The notes below the pieces were generated by a model. The model did no database searches and had not been told where the DNA came from. It saw nothing but the letters and a program-made list of their open reading frames with translations. A stretch of 32,000 nucleotides of DNA, taken from the NCBI RefSeq assembly GCF_001457615.1, contig NZ_LN831024.1:5010001-5042000 (forward strand), read 5' to 3'. The position numbers were made by a program, and so were the translations under genes. The stretch comes from Pseudomonas aeruginosa. GTDB lineage: Bacteria > Pseudomonadota > Gammaproteobacteria > Pseudomonadales > Pseudomonadaceae. Shown one piece after another: positions 1 through 12,981 of this stretch (the first letter of the stretch is position 1; each line of letters begins with the position of its first letter).

Positions 1-201
1 GTTGAAACGCAGGGTCGCCAGGCCGGCATCGCGGGCGCTGCGTTGCAGAGTGGCGACCACCTTGTTCTGCATGGTGCCGGCGAACAGCGGGTGCGGATGG
101 CAGACCAGGGCGATGCCGCGGGCATCGGGCAGATCGAGGTGCAGGGCTTCCAGCGGCCCGCAGGGGCCATCGATGGATACAGGGATTTCGCGGGTAGACA
201 A
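1..201 (-). CDS. alpha/beta-fold hydrolase (COG2945-like), N-terminal 67 codons; the C-terminus lies beyond the window start
   Basis: Absent from the ORF track because it has no ATG start. Manual reverse translation from TTG (201-199), 7 nt after a GGAG, gives (M)STREIPVSIDGPCGPLEALHLDLPDARGIALVCHPHPLFAGTMQNKVVATLQRSARDAGLATLRFN, open to position 1. CHPHPLF.GTM.NKVV is the conserved N-terminal block of this hydrolase family. The start codon is inferred. Confidence 0.55.
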   Translation of the reverse strand, partial: MSTREIPVSIDGPCGPLEALHLDLPDARGIALVCHPHPLFAGTMQNKVVATLQRSARDAGLATLRFN

Positions 202-345
202 ACAGGAACTCCGTGACCCCGGCTCGGGTCGACTCGTCTAGCAGATTACTCCAAGCGACACAGGCACTTACTCGCGTGCCGTGGTATACAGCTCGGACTC
301 AAGCCGTTAACGTAAAGCAAAGCCGCCTATAGAGGAAGGATTCGC

Positions 346-792
346 GTGGAACAGTCGCTCACCGCCTGGCTGCTGCCGGCCCTCGCCCTGGTCGCCGGGG
401 TCGCCATCGGTTTTCTGATCGCCCGCCTGCTGCCCAACGCCGCGCCGAACAAGGTGCAACGCCAGATGGACGACCTGCAGGACCGCTTCGACAGCTATCA
501 GCGCGAAGTCGTGACCCATTTCAACACCACCGCCAGCCTCGTGAAGAAGCTGACCCAGAGCTACCAGGACGTGCAGGAGCACCTCTCCGACGGCGCCCAG
601 CGCCTGGCCCTGGACGAACAGACCCGCCAGCGCCTGCTGGCTGCGCTGCATGCCGACGAGGCCTATCCGGCCGAGCGCCGCGAGCGCCTGACTCCGCCGG
701 CCTCCGGCGAAGTGCCGAAGGACTATGCGCCGAAAAGCCCGGACAGCCCCGGCACCCTCGACGCCACCTACGGCCTGAAAGGCAAGTACTGA
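346..792 (+). CDS. yhcB: YhcB/ZapG-family inner-membrane protein (DUF1043)
   Basis: 148-aa ORF with a GTG start after GAGGAAGG. It has an N-terminal TM helix (AWLLPALALVAGVAIGFLIARLL) followed by a coiled-coil segment. The stretch DRFDSYQREVVTHFNTTASLVKKLTQSYQDVQEHL and the C-terminal PKDYA resemble E. coli YhcB (EYREELVSHFARSAELL...PRDYS). Confidence 0.75.
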   Translation: MEQSLTAWLLPALALVAGVAIGFLIARLLPNAAPNKVQRQMDDLQDRFDSYQREVVTHFNTTASLVKKLTQSYQDVQEHLSDGAQRLALDEQTRQRLLAALHADEAYPAERRERLTPPASGEVPKDYAPKSPDSPGTLDATYGLKGKY

Positions 793-821
793 CGCGCTGC
801 GCGAACCTGCCGACGCCCATG

Positions 822-849
822 AAAAAGCCCCGCATCCGCGGGGCTTTTT
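822..849. terminator. bidirectional rho-independent terminator between yhcB (+) and cysNC (-)
   Basis: AAAAA-GCCCCGC-ATCC-GCGGGGC-TTTTT. This is a perfect 7-bp GC stem flanked by an A-run and a T-run, sitting between two convergent stop codons. Confidence 0.85.
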
Positions 850-865
850 CATGGCTGCGAGACGA

Positions 866-2767
866 TCAGATCGCCTGGCGCTCGCGCAACAGGTCGAGCA
901 CCTGCTTCACGCCGTCCTCGACGCTCAGCGCCTGGGTATCGATCACCAGGTCGGCATCCAGCGGCACGTCGTAGGGGAAGGACTCGCCGGGGATATTGTC
1001 CTCGCCCGCCGCATACAGCCCCTGTGGATCGCGTTCGCGGCAAACCTGCGGCGACGCCTGCACATAGACGGTGATCAGGCGCTCGGCGCCGATCAGCGCC
1101 CTGGCCTGCTCGCGCCCTTCCGCGCTCGGCGCGACGAAGGCGCAGAGGCTGATCAACCCGGCCTCGTTGAACTGCTTGGCGACATGGGCGGTGCGCAGCC
1201 AGTTCTCGGTGCGTCCGGCGCGGTCCTGCGGCAACCCCTTGTTCAGGTCGTGGCGCAGGTTCTGCCCGTCCAGCACGTAGACCGCGCGGCCCATATCGAA
1301 CAGCTTGCGCTCCACGGCGTAGGCCAGGGTGCTCTTGCCGGCGCCGGAGAGGCCGCTGAACAGTACGGTCGCCGGCTGCTGGCCGAAGCGGCCGGCACGC
1401 TCCTCGCGCGTCACATGGGCATTCGAACCGTGATGAGCGCTGCTGCCATGGGCCGCCGACGGAGCGGAGATGATCATGCCGGCGCCAACGGTGCCGTTGG
1501 TCAGGCGATCGATGACGATGAAGGCGCCGGTGGTGCGGTTCTGCTCATAGCCATCGAGCGCGATGGGCGCGTCCAGGCTGACCTTGACCCTGGCGATCTC
1601 GTTCAGCTTCAGCTCGCTGCCCGGGGTCCGCTCCAGGGTATTCACGTCCACCTTGTGGACGATGCTCGGAATCGAACCCGGCACATAGCTGGTAGCGCGC
1701 TTGATATCGTACTTCTTGCCCGGAAGCATCGGCTCCTCGGCCATCCACACCAGCATGGCATCGAAGCCGTCGGTGACCAGCGGGCGATTGTCGGCATGCA
1801 CCAGCATGTCGCCGCGGGAAACGTCGATCTCGTCTTCCAGGGTCAGGGTGACGGCCTGGCCGGGACCGGCCTGCTCCAGTTCGCCCTCGAAGGTGACGAT
1901 GGATTTCACCTTGCTGCCCTTGCCCGACGGCAATGCCACCACTTCGTCGCCCTTGCGCACCACGCCGCTGGCCAGGGTGCCGGCGAAACCGCGGAAGTTC
2001 AGGTTCGGCCGGTTCACGTACTGCACCGGGAAGCGCATGTCATCGAGGTTGCGGTCGGCGGCGATCTCGACGGTTTCGAGGATTTCCATCAGCGACTGGC
2101 CGGCGTACCAGGGCGAACGCTCGGACTTGTTGACCACGTTGTCGCCCTTGAGCGCCGACATCGGCACGAAGTGCAGCGAACTGGTCTTCAGACCGATCTT
2201 CTCGGCAAAGGCCAGGTAGTCGGCCTTGATCTGTTCGAAGACACCCTGGTCGAAGCCCTTCAGGTCCATCTTGTTGATGGCGACCACGATATGCCGGATA
2301 CCCAGCAGGGACGCGATGAAACTGTGCCGGCGGGTCTGGGTCTGCACACCGTAGCGGGCATCGATCAGGATGATCGCCAGGTCGCAGGTCGAGGCACCGG
2401 TAGCCATGTTGCGGGTGTACTGCTCATGGCCGGGCGTGTCGGCGATGATGAACTTGCGCTTGGCGGTGCTGAAGTAGCGGTACGCCACATCGATAGTGAT
2501 GCCCTGCTCGCGCTCGGCCTGCAGGCCATCGACCAGCAGCGCCAGGTCGACGTCGTCGCCCGTGGTGCCGACTTTCTTCGAGTCGCGGGTGATGGCCTCC
2601 AGGTGATCCTCGTAGATCATCTTGGAGTCGTGCAGCAGGCGCCCGATCAGGGTGCTCTTGCCGTCATCGACGTTGCCGCAGGTAAGGAAGCGCAGCAGTT
2701 CCTTGCGTTCGTGCTGCCCCAGGTAGGCGAGGATGTCCTCGCTGATCAGATCGGATTGATGAGACAT
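866..2767 (-). CDS. cysN: bifunctional sulfate adenylyltransferase subunit 1 / adenylylsulfate (APS) kinase CysNC
   Basis: 633-aa ORF. The N-terminal GTPase has motifs [17 protein letters not shown] and NKMD. The C-terminal APS kinase domain carries the P-loop GLSGAGKST. The start lies 11 nt downstream of the cysD stop, with GAGGA as SD. Confidence 0.95.
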   Translation of the reverse strand: MSHQSDLISEDILAYLGQHERKELLRFLTCGNVDDGKSTLIGRLLHDSKMIYEDHLEAITRDSKKVGTTGDDVDLALLVDGLQAEREQGITIDVAYRYFSTAKRKFIIADTPGHEQYTRNMATGASTCDLAIILIDARYGVQTQTRRHSFIASLLGIRHIVVAINKMDLKGFDQGVFEQIKADYLAFAEKIGLKTSSLHFVPMSALKGDNVVNKSERSPWYAGQSLMEILETVEIAADRNLDDMRFPVQYVNRPNLNFRGFAGTLASGVVRKGDEVVALPSGKGSKVKSIVTFEGELEQAGPGQAVTLTLEDEIDVSRGDMLVHADNRPLVTDGFDAMLVWMAEEPMLPGKKYDIKRATSYVPGSIPSIVHKVDVNTLERTPGSELKLNEIARVKVSLDAPIALDGYEQNRTTGAFIVIDRLTNGTVGAGMIISAPSAAHGSSAHHGSNAHVTREERAGRFGQQPATVLFSGLSGAGKSTLAYAVERKLFDMGRAVYVLDGQNLRHDLNKGLPQDRAGRTENWLRTAHVAKQFNEAGLISLCAFVAPSAEGREQARALIGAERLITVYVQASPQVCRERDPQGLYAAGEDNIPGESFPYDVPLDADLVIDTQALSVEDGVKQVLDLLRERQAI

Positions 2768-2778
2768 GCTGCGTATCC

Positions 2779-3696
2779 TCAGAAATAGCCCTGACGTTTC
2801 TTTTCTTCCATCGAACCGGCCTGGTCATGGTCGATGACCCGACCCTGGCGTTCGGAAGTACGCGTCAGGAGCATTTCCTGGATGATTTCCGGCAGCGTGG
2901 TGGCGCTGGACTCGACCGCGCCGGTGAGCGGGTAGCAGCCGAGGGTACGGAAGCGCACCATGCGCTTCTCGATGCGGGCTTTCTCTTCGTCAGAGAGATG
3001 CTCGAGGATGCGCTCGTCGTCGATCATGATCAGCGTGCCGTTCTTCTCGATAACCTCGCGCTCGGCGGCGAAGTACAGCGGGACGATCGGGATGCCTTCC
3101 AGGTAGATGTATTGCCAGATGTCCAGCTCGGTCCAGTTGGACAGCGGGAAGACGCGGATCGACTCGCCCTTCTTCACCTTGCCGTTGTAGATGTTCCACA
3201 ACTCGGGACGCTGGTTCTTCGGGTCCCAGCGGTGCTTGCTGTCGCGGAACGAATAGACCCGTTCCTTGGCCCGCGACTTCTCCTCGTCGCGGCGCGCGCC
3301 GCCGAATGCAGCGTCGAAACCGTACTTGTCCAGGGCCTGCTTGAGTCCCTCGGTCTTCATCACGTCGGTGTGCTTGGCGCTGCCGTGGGTGAACGGGTTG
3401 ATGCCCTGGGCGACGCCGTCCGGGTTGACGTGGGTGATCAGGTCCAGGCCGATTTCCTCGACCATCCGATCGCGGAACCTGTACATCTCCTGGAATTTCC
3501 AGCGGGTGTCCACGTGCATCACCGGGAAGGGCAGCTTGCCGGGGAAGAAGGCCTTGCGGGCCAAGTGCAGCATGACCGCGGAATCCTTGCCGATCGAGTA
3601 CAGCATCACCGGGTTATCGAACTCGGCGGCCACCTCGCGGATGATGTGGATGCTTTCCGCCTCCAGCTGTTTCAGGTGCGTCAGTTTGTCGACCAT
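2779..3696 (-). CDS. cysD: sulfate adenylyltransferase subunit 2 CysD
   Basis: 305-aa ORF in the PAPS-reductase/ATP-sulfurylase small-subunit family ([15 protein letters not shown]-loop, C-terminal EEKKRQGYF). It lies directly upstream of cysN. Confidence 0.95.
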   Translation of the reverse strand: MVDKLTHLKQLEAESIHIIREVAAEFDNPVMLYSIGKDSAVMLHLARKAFFPGKLPFPVMHVDTRWKFQEMYRFRDRMVEEIGLDLITHVNPDGVAQGINPFTHGSAKHTDVMKTEGLKQALDKYGFDAAFGGARRDEEKSRAKERVYSFRDSKHRWDPKNQRPELWNIYNGKVKKGESIRVFPLSNWTELDIWQYIYLEGIPIVPLYFAAEREVIEKNGTLIMIDDERILEHLSDEEKARIEKRMVRFRTLGCYPLTGAVESSATTLPEIIQEMLLTRTSERQGRVIDHDQAGSMEEKKRQGYF

Positions 3697-3770
3697 GGCT
3701 ACTCACGGAATTGCTTATGGACGGCCGTCGGGCCGTAGACGAACGCGCACTCTATCACAGCGCAAGGCTC

Positions 3771-3812
3771 TAAAAGATTCGCCATTTATACCGAAAAAAT
3801 ATACCCATATAG
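3771..3812 (-). promoter_or_regulatory. AT-rich island upstream of cysD; putative cysDN promoter / activator-binding region
   Basis: TAAAAGATTCGCCATTTATACCGAAAAAATATACCCATATAG is the only strongly AT-rich stretch in the 343-bp cysD-mltB1 divergent spacer. It sits 75-115 nt upstream of the cysD ATG. No consensus match could be scored by eye. Confidence 0.3.
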
Positions 3813-4039
3813 CCATCAGCGCTCAGCCTCGCAGCCGGCGAAAACACTGGCGTCGAGAGGTTTTCCAGGGGCGTTTCGCAGACCGGGCGGACAAAGCTGA
3901 GACGGCATCGTCCCGGACCGGACAAAGCCGTCGCCGCGACAGCGAGCAGACGGTCCGCCCCCTTTCGGCGGCTCGACTTGTACGCCGGCGGCACTGCGCT
4001 AGCATAGCGGGCATCGTCATTCCGCCAAGAAGCCCCCAG

Positions 4040-5143
4040 ATGCGCCGTACCGCCCTCGCCCTGCCCCTGTTCCTTCTGGTCTCAGCATGCAGCAGCGAAC
4101 CGACGCCACCACCGAAACCCGCCGCCAAACCCCAGGCTCGCACCGTCATTTCACCCCGCCCCGTACGCCAGTCGGTGCAACCGATACTGCCGCTGCGCGG
4201 CGATTACGCGAACAATCCGGCGGCACAGCGCTTCATCGACAGGATGGTCAGCCAGCACGGCTTCAACCGCCAGCAACTGCACGACCTGTTCGCCCAGACC
4301 CAGCGCCTGGACTGGGTGATCCGCCTGATGGACCGGCAAGCCCCGACCTATACCCCACCCAGCGGACCGAACGGCGCCTGGCTGCGCTACCGGAAGAAGT
4401 TCGTCACGCCAGGCAACGTACAGAACGGCGTGCTGTTCTGGGACCAATACGAAACCGACCTGCAACGGGCATCGCGCGTCTACGGCGTGCCGCCGGAGAT
4501 CATCGTCGGCATCATCGGCGTGGAAACCCGCTGGGGGCGTGTGATGGGCAAGACGCGGATCATCGATGCGCTGTCCACCCTGTCCTTCTCCTACCCTCGC
4601 CGCGCGGAATTCTTCAGCGGCGAACTGGAGCAATTCCTCCTCCAGGCGCGCAAGGAAGGCACCGACCCGCTGGCCCTGCGCGGTTCCTATGCCGGCGCCA
4701 TGGGCTACGGCCAGTTCATGCCGTCTTCATTCACCAAGTACGCGGTGGACTTCGATGGCGATGGGCATATCGACCTGTGGAATCCGCGTGACGCCATCGG
4801 CAGCGTCGCCAACTATTTCAAGCAGCACGGCTGGGTCAGCGGCGATCGCGTGGCGGTTCCCGCCAGTGGCCGGGCTCCCTCGCTGGAAGATGGCTTCAAG
4901 ACGCTGTACCCGCTGGACGTGCTCGCTTCCGCCGGATTACGCCCGCGGGGTCCGCTCGGCGGCCACCGGCAAGCCAGCCTGCTGCGCCTGGACATGGGCA
5001 GGAACTACCAGTACTGGTACGGCCTGCCGAACTTCTACGTGATCACCCGCTACAACCACAGCACCCACTACGCGATGGCCGTCTGGGAACTGGGCAAGGA
5101 AGTCGACCGGGTGCGTCACCGCTCCGTCGTCAGGCAGGATTAG
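4040..5143 (+). CDS. mltB1: lytic murein transglycosylase B, lipoprotein
   Basis: The true start is the internal ATG at 4040 of the 625-aa track ORF. The product begins MRRTALALPLFLLVSAC, a lipobox (LVSAC) signal peptide. MltB/SLT_2 motifs are present: IIGVETRWG (catalytic Glu) and YAGAMGYGQFMPSS. Confidence 0.9.
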   Translation: MRRTALALPLFLLVSACSSEPTPPPKPAAKPQARTVISPRPVRQSVQPILPLRGDYANNPAAQRFIDRMVSQHGFNRQQLHDLFAQTQRLDWVIRLMDRQAPTYTPPSGPNGAWLRYRKKFVTPGNVQNGVLFWDQYETDLQRASRVYGVPPEIIVGIIGVETRWGRVMGKTRIIDALSTLSFSYPRRAEFFSGELEQFLLQARKEGTDPLALRGSYAGAMGYGQFMPSSFTKYAVDFDGDGHIDLWNPRDAIGSVANYFKQHGWVSGDRVAVPASGRAPSLEDGFKTLYPLDVLASAGLRPRGPLGGHRQASLLRLDMGRNYQYWYGLPNFYVITRYNHSTHYAMAVWELGKEVDRVRHRSVVRQD

Positions 5144-5888
5144 GACAGTCGATGAACAAGTGCTCGATGGCGAAGCGCTTGCCCAGGTAGTCGCCCAACG
5201 CCTGTACCCCGTAGCGCTCGGTGGCATGGTGTCCGGCGGCGATGAAGCTGATGCCGTTCTCCCGCGCGCTGTGCACGGTCTGCTCGGAAACCTCGCCGGT
5301 CAGGTAGGCATCGACGCCAGCGGCGATCGCCTGGTCGATATAGCCCTGGGCGCCGCCGGTGCACCAGGCGATGCGCCGGATCGGCTGACCGGCATCGACC
5401 AGCAGCGGCTCACGCCCCAGCGCATCGCGCACATGCCGAGCGAAATCGGCAGGCTGCATCGGCTCGGCAAGCGAACCGAGGAGGACGATGGAACGCGGGT
5501 TGCCCGGCTCCAACGGCCCTTCCACTTCGAAGCCGAGCTGCCGGGCGAGCTGCACGTTGTTGCCCACCTCCGGATGCAGATCCAGCGGCAGGTGGTAAGC
5601 GAGCAGACTGATATCGTTGTTCAGCAGGGTCTTCAGGCGCCGTTGCTTCATGCCGACCACGCAGGGGTTCTCACCCTTCCAGAAGTAACCGTGATGCACC
5701 AGCACCACGTCGGCGTCGGCCTCCACGGCGGCATCCAGCAGCGCCTGGCTGGCAGTGACCCCGCTGACGATCCGCCGCACCTGCGGCCGGCCTTCGACCT
5801 GCAGGCCGTTCGGGCAGTAGTCCTGGATGCGCGCGGCATCCAGATAACGGTCGGCCTCTTCGACCAGGGTGCTCAGGGCGATAGCCAT
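5130..5888 (-). CDS. ybgI: NIF3-family metal-binding protein (GTP cyclohydrolase 1 type 2 homologue, YbgI-like)
   Basis: 252-aa ORF. The segment VLVHHGYFWKGENPCVVGMKQRRLKTLLNNDISLLAYHLPLDLHPEVGNN is closely parallel to E. coli YbgI, and the C-terminal AGHHATERYGV motif is present. Confidence 0.85.
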   Translation of the reverse strand: MAIALSTLVEEADRYLDAARIQDYCPNGLQVEGRPQVRRIVSGVTASQALLDAAVEADADVVLVHHGYFWKGENPCVVGMKQRRLKTLLNNDISLLAYHLPLDLHPEVGNNVQLARQLGFEVEGPLEPGNPRSIVLLGSLAEPMQPADFARHVRDALGREPLLVDAGQPIRRIAWCTGGAQGYIDQAIAAGVDAYLTGEVSEQTVHSARENGISFIAAGHHATERYGVQALGDYLGKRFAIEHLFIDCPNPA

Positions 5889-5945
5889 GCAAATTCCTCT
5901 TCATTCAGGCAGGGCGCGCCGCTCCTCTAATGGACGGCTTCCCCC

Positions 5946-5951
5946 TATAAT
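5946..5951 (+). promoter_or_regulatory. perfect TATAAT hexamer, candidate -10 of algW
   Basis: A perfect TATAAT in a GC-rich spacer, 54 nt upstream of the algW ATG. No good -35 hexamer was seen. Confidence 0.3.
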
Positions 5952-6004
5952 GGGCGCCACCTTATCGGCCGCTTTTCGGCCTCGCAACCCCAAGGATTTT
6001 CCCG

Positions 6005-7174
<1,170 letters not shown>

Positions 7175-7186
7175 TCCCCGTCATTG

Positions 7187-7212
7187 AAAACGGCGCCCTC
7201 GGGCGCCGTTTT
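7187..7212. terminator. bidirectional rho-independent terminator between algW (+) and hisC (-)
   Basis: AAAA-CGGCGCC-CTCG-GGCGCCG-TTTT, located between convergent stop codons. Confidence 0.85.
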
Positions 7213-7216
7213 CGTA

Positions 7217-8272
7217 TCACTTGAGGAAGTGCAGGGCGTCCAGTAGCGCCTGGTTCTGCTCCGGACTGCCGATGGTGATACGCAGGAACTGGTCGATCCG
7301 CGCCTGCTTGAAATGGCGGACGATCACTCCCTGCTCGCGCAGGGTCGAGGCAATCTGCCCGGCATCGTGCCGCGGATGACGGGCGAAGACGAAGTTGGCG
7401 GCCGACGGTAGTACCTCGAAGCCCAGCGCCTGCAAAGAGGCGCTCAACGCCTCGCGGCTATCGATCACTGCCTGGCAGGTCCGACGGAAATAGGCGTCGT
7501 CCTCGAAAGCCGCCGCCGCGCCGGCGATCGCCAGGCGATCCAGCGGGTAGGAATTGAAGCTGTTCTTGATCCGCTCCAGCGCCTCGACCAGATCGGCATG
7601 GCCGACCGCCAGGCCGACCCGCAGGCCGGCCAGGGAGCGCGACTTGGACAGCGTCTGGGTGACCAGCAGGTTCGGGTAGCGATCGACCAGGGCGATGGCG
7701 CTCTCGCCGCCGAAGTCGACATAGGCCTCGTCGACTACCACCACCGAATCCGGCGACGACTTCAGCATCGCTTCGATGGCGTCCAGCGGCAGCAGGCAGC
7801 CGGTCGGCGCGTTCGGATTGGGGAAGATGATTCCGCCGTTGGGCCGCGCGTAGTCTTCGACGCGGATGCGGAACCTTTCATCCAGCGCGATCTTCTCGTG
7901 CGCGATCCCGTACAGGCCGCAATAGACCGGGTAGAAGCTGTAGGTCACGTCCGGAAACAGCAGCGGCAGGTCGTGTTGGAAGAGGCCATGGAAAATGTGC
8001 GCGAGCACCTCGTCGGAGCCGTTGCCGACGAACACCTGGTTGGCCTGTACGCCGTAGTGCGCGGCGACCGCCTGCTTCAACCGCTCGCCGTTGGGATCGG
8101 GATACAGGCGCAGGTCGTCGTTGAGTTCCGCCTGCATCGCGGCGAGCGCCTGTGGCGACGGACCGTAGGGATTCTCGTTGGTGTTCAGCTTGACCAGCCG
8201 CGACAGCTTCGGCTGCTCGCCCGGCACATAAGGCACCAGGTCCTTGACGAAGGGACTCCAGAATTTGCTCAT
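7217..8272 (-). CDS. hisC: histidinol-phosphate aminotransferase
   Basis: 351-aa ORF in the class-II aminotransferase family, with the PLP-lysine motif [13 protein letters not shown]. It lies 2 nt downstream of hisD. Confidence 0.92.
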   Translation of the reverse strand: MSKFWSPFVKDLVPYVPGEQPKLSRLVKLNTNENPYGPSPQALAAMQAELNDDLRLYPDPNGERLKQAVAAHYGVQANQVFVGNGSDEVLAHIFHGLFQHDLPLLFPDVTYSFYPVYCGLYGIAHEKIALDERFRIRVEDYARPNGGIIFPNPNAPTGCLLPLDAIEAMLKSSPDSVVVVDEAYVDFGGESAIALVDRYPNLLVTQTLSKSRSLAGLRVGLAVGHADLVEALERIKNSFNSYPLDRLAIAGAAAAFEDDAYFRRTCQAVIDSREALSASLQALGFEVLPSAANFVFARHPRHDAGQIASTLREQGVIVRHFKQARIDQFLRITIGSPEQNQALLDALHFLK

Positions 8273-8274
8273 GC

Positions 8275-9597
8275 TCAGGCCTCCTTCTCGTCGAGGATGC
8301 GGTATTCGGCACTACGCGCGTGGGCGGTCAACGACTCGCCGCGAGCCAGCACCGAGGCGGTACGACCGAGGACCGAAGCGCCCTCGGCCGAGCAGTTGAT
8401 GATCGACGAACGCTTCTGGAAGTCATATACCCCCAGCGGCGAAGAGAAACGCGCGGTACCGGAGGTCGGCAGCACGTGGTTCGGGCCGGCGCAATAGTCG
8501 CCCAGGGCCTCGGCAGTGTAGCGGCCCATGAAGATCGCGCCGGCATGGCGGATCTCCGGCAGCCAGCTTTCCGGATCGGCCACCGACAGCTCCAGGTGTT
8601 CCGGGGCGATGCGGTTGGCGACCGCACAGGCCTGGGCCTGGTCGGCGACCTGGATCAGCGCGCCGCGCCCCTCCAGGGAGGTGCGGATGATCTCGGCGCG
8701 CTCCATGGTCGGCAGCAGGCGAGCAATGCTGTCCGCGACGCGGTCCAGGAACGCCGCGTCCGGACTGACCAGGATCGACTGGGCGTCTTCGTCGTGTTCG
8801 GCCTGGGAGAACAGGTCCATGGCGATCCAGTCGGGATCGGTCTGGCCGTCGCAGACCACGAGGATTTCCGAGGGACCGGCGATCATGTCGATGCCGACCT
8901 GGCCGAACACGTGACGCTTGGCGGTGGCCACGTAGATGTTGCCGGGGCCGACGATCTTGTCCACCCGCGGCACGCTTTCGGTGCCGTAGGCCAACGCGGC
9001 CACGGCCTGTGCCCCGCCGATGGTGAAGACACGGTCGACGCCGGCGATGCAGGCGGCGGCGAGGACGATCTCGTTGATCTCGCCGCGCGGGGTCGGTACG
9101 ACCATGACCACTTCGGACACCCCGGCGACCTTGGCCGGGATCGCATTCATCAGCACCGAGGACGGGTAGGACGCCTTGCCGCCCGGCACATAGAGCCCGG
9201 CGCGGTCCAGCGGGGTGACCTGCTGGCCGAGCACCGTGCCGTCGGCCTCGGTGTAGCGCCAGGAACCCTGCTTCTGCTTCTCGTGGTAGCTGCGCACGCG
9301 CTCGGCGGCGACTTCCAGGGCTTCGCGCTGGGCTACGGTGATACGGGTGAGAGCCAGCTCCAGGCGCTCGCGCGGCAGGATCAGGTCGGCCATCGAGGCG
9401 GCCTGGAGACCGTCGAAGCGCTGGGTGAACTCGACCACGGCGGCGTCGCCACGGCTGCGTACGGCGGCGATGATGTCGAGGACGCGCTGGTTGACCGAAT
9501 CGTCGGAGACACTTTCCCAGCTCAGCAGATGATCCAGATGACGCCCGAAGTCCGGATCAGCGGCATTGAGTCGACGGATAGCGAAGGGAGCGGTCAT
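8275..9597 (-). CDS. hisD: histidinol dehydrogenase
   Basis: 440-aa ORF with HisD motifs: [18 protein letters not shown] and [13 protein letters not shown]. Confidence 0.95.
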   Translation of the reverse strand: MTAPFAIRRLNAADPDFGRHLDHLLSWESVSDDSVNQRVLDIIAAVRSRGDAAVVEFTQRFDGLQAASMADLILPRERLELALTRITVAQREALEVAAERVRSYHEKQKQGSWRYTEADGTVLGQQVTPLDRAGLYVPGGKASYPSSVLMNAIPAKVAGVSEVVMVVPTPRGEINEIVLAAACIAGVDRVFTIGGAQAVAALAYGTESVPRVDKIVGPGNIYVATAKRHVFGQVGIDMIAGPSEILVVCDGQTDPDWIAMDLFSQAEHDEDAQSILVSPDAAFLDRVADSIARLLPTMERAEIIRTSLEGRGALIQVADQAQACAVANRIAPEHLELSVADPESWLPEIRHAGAIFMGRYTAEALGDYCAGPNHVLPTSGTARFSSPLGVYDFQKRSSIINCSAEGASVLGRTASVLARGESLTAHARSAEYRILDEKEA

Positions 9598-9722
9598 AGC
9601 GAGCCTCTTTTATGGATGGCGTTGTCTCGGGCGCCGCTAGACTACCAAGCCCACCGTGCGGGCACCCGAGAAAATTTGGCTATGACACGGATAGGCAGGT
9701 GCAGCGCGGAGCCGCACGGGTA

Positions 9723-10358
9723 TCAGTGACGGTGTCGCGCCTCGACGGCGTCGCGCAGGGTATCGATCAGCGACTGGATGCGACCGTGCTGCATCTTCAT
9801 CGAGGCCTTGTTGACCACCAGGCGCGAGCTGATCGTGGCGATCAGTTCCTGGGGCTCCAGGCCGTTGGCGCGCAGGGTATTGCCGGTATCCACGACGTCG
9901 ATGATCTTGTCGGCGAGACCGACCAGCGGCGCCAGCTCCATCGAGCCGTACAGCTTGATCACGTCGACCTGGCGGCCCTGCTCGGCGTAGTAGCGCTTGG
10001 CGACATTGACGAACTTGGTGGCCACCCGCAGGCGTCCCTTGGGTTCAGGCGCGCCAATGGCGCCGGCGGTCATCAGCTTGCAGTTGGCGATACGCAGGTC
10101 CAGCGGTTCGTAGAGTCCCTGGCCGCCGTACTCCATCAGCACGTCCTTGCCGGCCACGCCGAGATCGGCGGCGCCATGCTCGACATAGGTCGGCACGTCG
10201 GTGGCGCGCACGATGAGCAGGCGCACATCGGACAGGGACGTCGGGATGATCAGCTTGCGGCTCTTGTCCGGGTTCTCCGACGGTACGATGCCCGCCGCTG
10301 CGAGCAGCGGCAGGGTATCGTCGAGAATCCGGCCCTTGGACAAGGCGATGGTCAGCAT
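9723..10358 (-). CDS. hisG: ATP phosphoribosyltransferase, short form (HisG-S, expected to need HisZ encoded elsewhere)
   Basis: Only the last 211 codons of the 523-aa track ORF, starting at the ATG at 10358: [19 protein letters not shown]...[14 protein letters not shown]. The 211-aa length is that of the short HisG class lacking the C-terminal regulatory domain. Confidence 0.93.
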
Positions 10359-10375
10359 TTGCGCGACAGCCTCCG

Positions 10376-11901
<1,526 letters not shown>

Positions 11902-11945
11902 GCTCAACCTCAATCGGGCGCCCTACGCGCACGGTCGGCCATCAT

Positions 11946-11998
11946 ACAAAAAAGCCCTCCGCCTGCGAACCCCAGGAAGGGACGCGCAGACGGAGGGC
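11946..11998 (-). terminator. rho-independent terminator downstream of mlaB
   Basis: A 14-bp stem (11954-11967 pairs with 11985-11998) has one position that is G-U only on the minus-strand RNA. The loop is 17 nt, and the stem is followed on the minus strand by TTTTTTGT (A-run 11948-11953 on the plus strand). Confidence 0.8.
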
Positions 11999-12017
11999 CG
12001 CTCGTTCCGCCGGCCGG

Positions 12018-12326
12018 TCATTCCTGCAAAGGCAGGATCTCCAGAAGGCTGCTGACCTTGGCAATCTCCCGCATGTCGTCCGGCAACGCCCTGACGCTCA
12101 GGACCTTGCCGGCCTTGCGTGCGTCGCGCATGAAGGCCAGCAACAGGGAAATGCCCACGCTGCTGGAGCGCTCCACCGCCGAGCAGTCGACGACCAGTTC
12201 CGCCGCCTGGCTGGCGCGAATCAGCCGACCGCCCTGCTCGCGCAACGCCGGCCCGCTGCTGTAGTCGAGCACGCCGGCGAGCTGCAGTTCGCCGGCCGCG
12301 CCTTCGCGCAGGCTGGCCTGGCTCAT
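12018..12326 (-). CDS. mlaB: Mla system STAS-domain accessory protein MlaB
   Basis: 102-aa ORF with a STAS/anti-sigma-antagonist-like fold signature. It overlaps the mlaC stop by ATGA. Confidence 0.85.
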   Translation of the reverse strand: MSQASLREGAAGELQLAGVLDYSSGPALREQGGRLIRASQAAELVVDCSAVERSSSVGISLLLAFMRDARKAGKVLSVRALPDDMREIAKVSSLLEILPLQE

Positions 12327-12970
12327 TTCGCCCCGGCCTCTTCCGCTTTCGCGGTTTCCTTGGCCTTGGCGACCACCTCGCCCCAGCCGGCGATGGTCTT
12401 CTCGAGGTCGTTGCGGTTCTTCTGCATGGTGTCGGCGAACTGGTCGCGGAACAGCTTGCCGATGTTGATGCCGTTGATGATCACGTTGCGGACCTTCCAG
12501 CCACCGGCCAGGTTGGTCATGGTGTAGGAGACCGGATAGACCGTGCCCTTGCTGTCACGGATCTCCATGTTGACGCTGGCGCGATCGTCGCTCGGCTTGG
12601 CCGAACTAGGCAGCACGCGGATGTCCTGGTTGTCGTATTCGAGCAGCGCGTTGCCGTAGAACTGCATCAGGCTGTTCTTGAACACTTCCTCGAAGCGCTT
12701 GATTTGCTCGGGTGAGGCCTGGCGCGAGTACTTGACGGTCATCACACTCTTGGCGATGCCTTCGGCATCGACCACCGGCCCAAGGATACGGTCGAGAGTG
12801 GCGTAGAGCTTTTGCGGATCGGCCTTGTAGGCGGCCTTGTTGGCCTTGATGTCGGAAAGCAGTTCGTCGACCGTGCCCTGCACCACCTGTTGCGGGGTCG
12901 GCGCCGCCATGGAAAGCAGCGGGAAAGCCGCCAGGAACACCAGCAGGCCGCGACGCAGAAGAGTCAGCAT
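12323..12970 (-). CDS. mlaC: periplasmic phospholipid-binding protein MlaC
   Basis: 215 aa from the ATG at 12970, with GAGG 9 nt upstream. The product begins MLTLLRRGLLVFLAAFPLLSMAAP, a signal peptide. The track start at 12985 is a GTG inside the mlaD stop region. Confidence 0.88.
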   Translation of the reverse strand: MLTLLRRGLLVFLAAFPLLSMAAPTPQQVVQGTVDELLSDIKANKAAYKADPQKLYATLDRILGPVVDAEGIAKSVMTVKYSRQASPEQIKRFEEVFKNSLMQFYGNALLEYDNQDIRVLPSSAKPSDDRASVNMEIRDSKGTVYPVSYTMTNLAGGWKVRNVIINGINIGKLFRDQFADTMQKNRNDLEKTIAGWGEVVAKAKETAKAEEAGAK

Positions 12971-12981
12971 GGAAGAAAACC

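Noticed and set aside
851-2788. 645-aa ORF on the plus strand covering the whole of cysNC in antisense
   Set aside because: This is a typical mirror ORF of a high-GC gene. The product is dominated by Ala, Gly, Arg, Leu, His and Asp, and it has no recognisable motif or SD. The opposite strand encodes a full CysNC with GTPase and APS-kinase motifs.
3266-4039. 258-codon N-terminal extension of the mltB1 frame (625-aa track ORF)
   Set aside because: The extension runs antisense through cysD and the promoter spacer. The authentic product starts at 4040 with a lipoprotein signal peptide.
3770-4149. 74-aa and 108-aa minus-strand ORFs in the cysD-mltB1 spacer and mltB1 5' end
   Set aside because: They have no SD and an Arg-rich composition. 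They overlap the mltB1 signal-peptide coding region in antisense, and I recognise no family.
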